Below are positions 30,276-32,000 of a stretch of 32,000 bases of DNA, one piece after another. A program made the position numbers and the translations under genes. The stretch is from Candidatus Nanosynbacter lyticus. GTDB lineage: Bacteria > Patescibacteriota > Saccharimonadia > Saccharimonadales > Saccharimonadaceae. The notes below the pieces were generated by a model, which ran no database searches, was not told the origin of the DNA, and worked only from the letters and a program-made list of their open reading frames with translations. Location of the stretch: NCBI RefSeq assembly GCF_030253515.1, contig NZ_CP124549.1:390001-422000 (forward strand), given 5' to 3'. Position 1 is the stretch's first letter; each line of letters begins with the position of its first letter.

Positions 30276-30821
30276 ATGCTTATGATCTCAAAATGCCTCA
30301 TCGCAAAAATAAGCTTTGTCGTCTTTTCCGCATCCACGGTGCTACTATATATTTTGGCGCGCAATGGAACGATGACTGCGGTTTTTGGGCCGATGCTAGC
30401 TTATGTTGTATATCTACTCAATTTTGCGCTGCTCATCGCGTCCACACTTTTCTACATCTGGCAGCGCGCTCACAAAGACACGCCGCAGAAGGATCGCTTG
30501 GAGGCGCTCGAGACATATGCGCGACTAGATAATGACGGCCTATTGACCAGTGGCGCGGTAACTATTATCGAGATCGAGGCGGACAGTTTTTGGCGGCTCA
30601 AGGAATATGGCGAGACGATTACTGTGCCTATCAACGCCATGAATCCGCTGCGCCTGCCACCGGTGGGCACGCGGGCAACATTCGCGCCGATTGGTAATAA
30701 GGATAATCGAGCCATCGGCGTGATTACCGAGATAACGAACGGAAGGATGACGGTCGCACCGGCACCGACAACCAAGCCCAGTAGGCCGCAACTCACCACC
30801 AAAACCACGACGTCCAATTGA
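30276..30821 (+). CDS. hypothetical 2-TM membrane protein with a soluble C-terminal domain and T/P-rich tail
   Basis: Helices ISFVVFSASTVLLYILA and AVFGPMLAYVVYLLNFALLIASTLFYIW. No recognisable family. Confidence 0.45.
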   Translation: MLMISKCLIAKISFVVFSASTVLLYILARNGTMTAVFGPMLAYVVYLLNFALLIASTLFYIWQRAHKDTPQKDRLEALETYARLDNDGLLTSGAVTIIEIEADSFWRLKEYGETITVPINAMNPLRLPPVGTRATFAPIGNKDNRAIGVITEITNGRMTVAPAPTTKPSRPQLTTKTTTSN

Positions 30822-31341
30822 GCGGTATCAGCATGAGCAAGGACGCTATCGCTAGCGTGATGTACGCCCCCAGTGCCGGCCGCGTCAGCTGCGGCGCATC
30901 ATAATGATACACCCGCCGCAGCTCATAATAATCCCACAAACGCCACGCACAAATCGTTAATAAAACGGCAGAAATGAGCGACAGCATCCCACTAAGCTCA
31001 AAATGATATGTTTGATTACTAAAGTTAACAACAAACATGAACTCCGCCGCCGCCAAACACGACCACCACCGCTCATCCCGTTTCAATCCCATTACCGCTA
31101 TACAAAATCCCAACGGAATGATCAATCGCACCACCGGTGTGTAGTCAAAAAACAGCTGTGTGTAATATTCAATCGGATATTTATTATTGCCTGCGGCCGC
31201 CACCAGCGTACCTACGCCATAAAACACCGTCAATAACACGACGCCAAACACAAACAGCCGCAATATATCGTTATACAACACGTCTCGCAGTGTGATGACG
31301 TCGGTTTTAGAGGTAGCGGGAAGCTTCAGAAACGGAATCAT
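30793..31341 (-). CDS. hypothetical multi-pass membrane protein
   Basis: About five hydrophobic helices (e.g. LFVFGVVLLTVFYGVGTLVAAA, MLSLISAVLLTICAW, ALGAYITLAIASLLMLIPL). Its 3-prime end overlaps the convergent ORF by 29 nt. Confidence 0.5.
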   Translation of the reverse strand: MIPFLKLPATSKTDVITLRDVLYNDILRLFVFGVVLLTVFYGVGTLVAAAGNNKYPIEYYTQLFFDYTPVVRLIIPLGFCIAVMGLKRDERWWSCLAAAEFMFVVNFSNQTYHFELSGMLSLISAVLLTICAWRLWDYYELRRVYHYDAPQLTRPALGAYITLAIASLLMLIPLNWTSWFWW

Positions 31342-31370
31342 TTTTAGCTACCGTTAGTCCGTGAACACGT

Positions 31371-31390
31371 CCTTATGATTTTTCATAAGG
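31371..31390. other. perfect 8-bp AT-rich hairpin between two minus-strand genes
   Basis: CCTTATGA-TTTT-TCATAAGG. No clear U-tract on the minus strand. Confidence 0.3.
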
Positions 31391-31447
31391 ATATCGTAGT
31401 TTGCGAGGAGGGTATGTGTCAAGGCAACGGAGCGTTTAGCCGAGAGA

Positions 31448-31981
31448 CTACTTCTCTTTCACCTCGCACCAGCCGTTGTTACTGTTAGGGTAGCAGGTGA
31501 TATCAAGATCCTTGCCGGTAAATTTTGTAAAGCCAGAATAGCTTGCTGTACCCCAATCCTTCTTCGTTCCACCACAGCCGACAGAGAATTTAATCTTGTC
31601 GCCTATGACAACAGGTAGATTTTTAATATCAACGACTGACCGGTTGCTAGTTGGAGTAGTTTTCACCCAATCAGATTTTAGTGTTTCCTCATTCGCTCGT
31701 TCTACCCACGCACCGACAAACTCCTCGTCGTTGGCGCAGGTAAATTGCCCGTCAATAGTAACGATGTCCCCCTCTTTAGGTGTAGTCTTTGTCGGACGCG
31801 AGGTTGGTTCTGACGGGGACGGCGTCACGGTTTCAGTGACGCGTACGGTTTGCGTCGCCCGTGGCGTCTCGGTCGTTTGCGGATGCCTGTTCGTCGTGGT
31901 CACGGTAACAGTCGCTGGGGCTGGCTTGGCGTCCAATCCTGACAGACCGCAACCAGAGGCAAACAACGCCACTACGCCCAT
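31448..31981 (-). CDS. putative lipoprotein (T/P-rich linker plus Cys-containing C-terminal domain); N-terminus may lie beyond the window
   Basis: Lipobox-like LFASGC. Linker PAPATVTVTTT...PSPSEPTSRPTKTTPK. The frame stays open upstream of the ATG at 31981 to the window edge (…RPLASF-MGVV…), so the true start may be off-window. Confidence 0.5.
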   Translation of the reverse strand: MGVVALFASGCGLSGLDAKPAPATVTVTTTNRHPQTTETPRATQTVRVTETVTPSPSEPTSRPTKTTPKEGDIVTIDGQFTCANDEEFVGAWVERANEETLKSDWVKTTPTSNRSVVDIKNLPVVIGDKIKFSVGCGGTKKDWGTASYSGFTKFTGKDLDITCYPNSNNGWCEVKEK

Positions 31982-32000
31982 AAAGCTAGCTAGCGGTCGG

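Noticed and set aside
1-32000. CRISPR arrays, rRNA genes, transposases, integrases, prophage genes, reverse transcriptase or DGR elements
   Set aside because: I saw no regularly spaced direct repeats, no rRNA-like conserved blocks, and no ORF with DDE, tyrosine- or serine-recombinase or RT motifs on either strand.

Overview
The window reads as a compact, mostly minus-strand chromosome segment. It is most plausibly from a Patescibacteria/CPR bacterium of the Saccharibacteria (TM7) type. That placement is an inference from four things: no L30 gene in the spc/alpha ribosomal operon, an LPXTG-anchored surface protein, many small membrane proteins, and TGA used as a stop codon.

Contents from left to right:
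- secE (partial), a soluble PAS histidine kinase, a DUF45 metallopeptidase, a P-loop kinase-like protein and an LPXTG/DUF11 surface protein.
- tRNA-Trp, then a plus-strand glycogen-type operon (GT4 synthase, GH57, GH15).
- rpmG, then a nitroreductase with an AlkD-like protein, a Nudix-like protein and tRNA-Thr(GGU).
- Two small membrane proteins, a VOC protein, tRNA-Tyr and tRNA-Thr(UGU), a TPR protein, holB-like, an RluA-family synthase and trpS.
- A low-GC block of about 3.3 kb: B12-binding radical SAM enzyme, AlkA-like HhH-GPD protein and alpha/beta hydrolase.
- Ribosomal genes rpsI-rplM-rplQ-rpoA-rpsD-rpsK-rpsM-rpmJ-infA-secY, an opposite-strand OmpA-like gene, then rplO-rpsE-orf72-rplR-rplF.
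- A very AT-rich HEPN-like gene followed by membrane and lipoprotein genes.

Most interesting observations:
1. A translationally coupled AlkA-like glycosylase and B12-radical-SAM pair with its own near-consensus promoter, sitting in a compositional island.
2. An AT-rich Rx4H (HEPN-like) gene exactly where rpsH should precede rplF.
3. A tightly fitted 72-codon orphan ORF between rplR and rpsE.
4. A trpS leader with a promoter, a leaderless 25-codon uORF containing one Trp codon, and a terminator hairpin.
5. A recurring -10 box 6-9 nt upstream of ATG at nine or more genes, implying leaderless mRNAs.

I saw no CRISPR array, transposase, integrase or rRNA. All homology calls are by-eye motif recognition. 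No database search was run.
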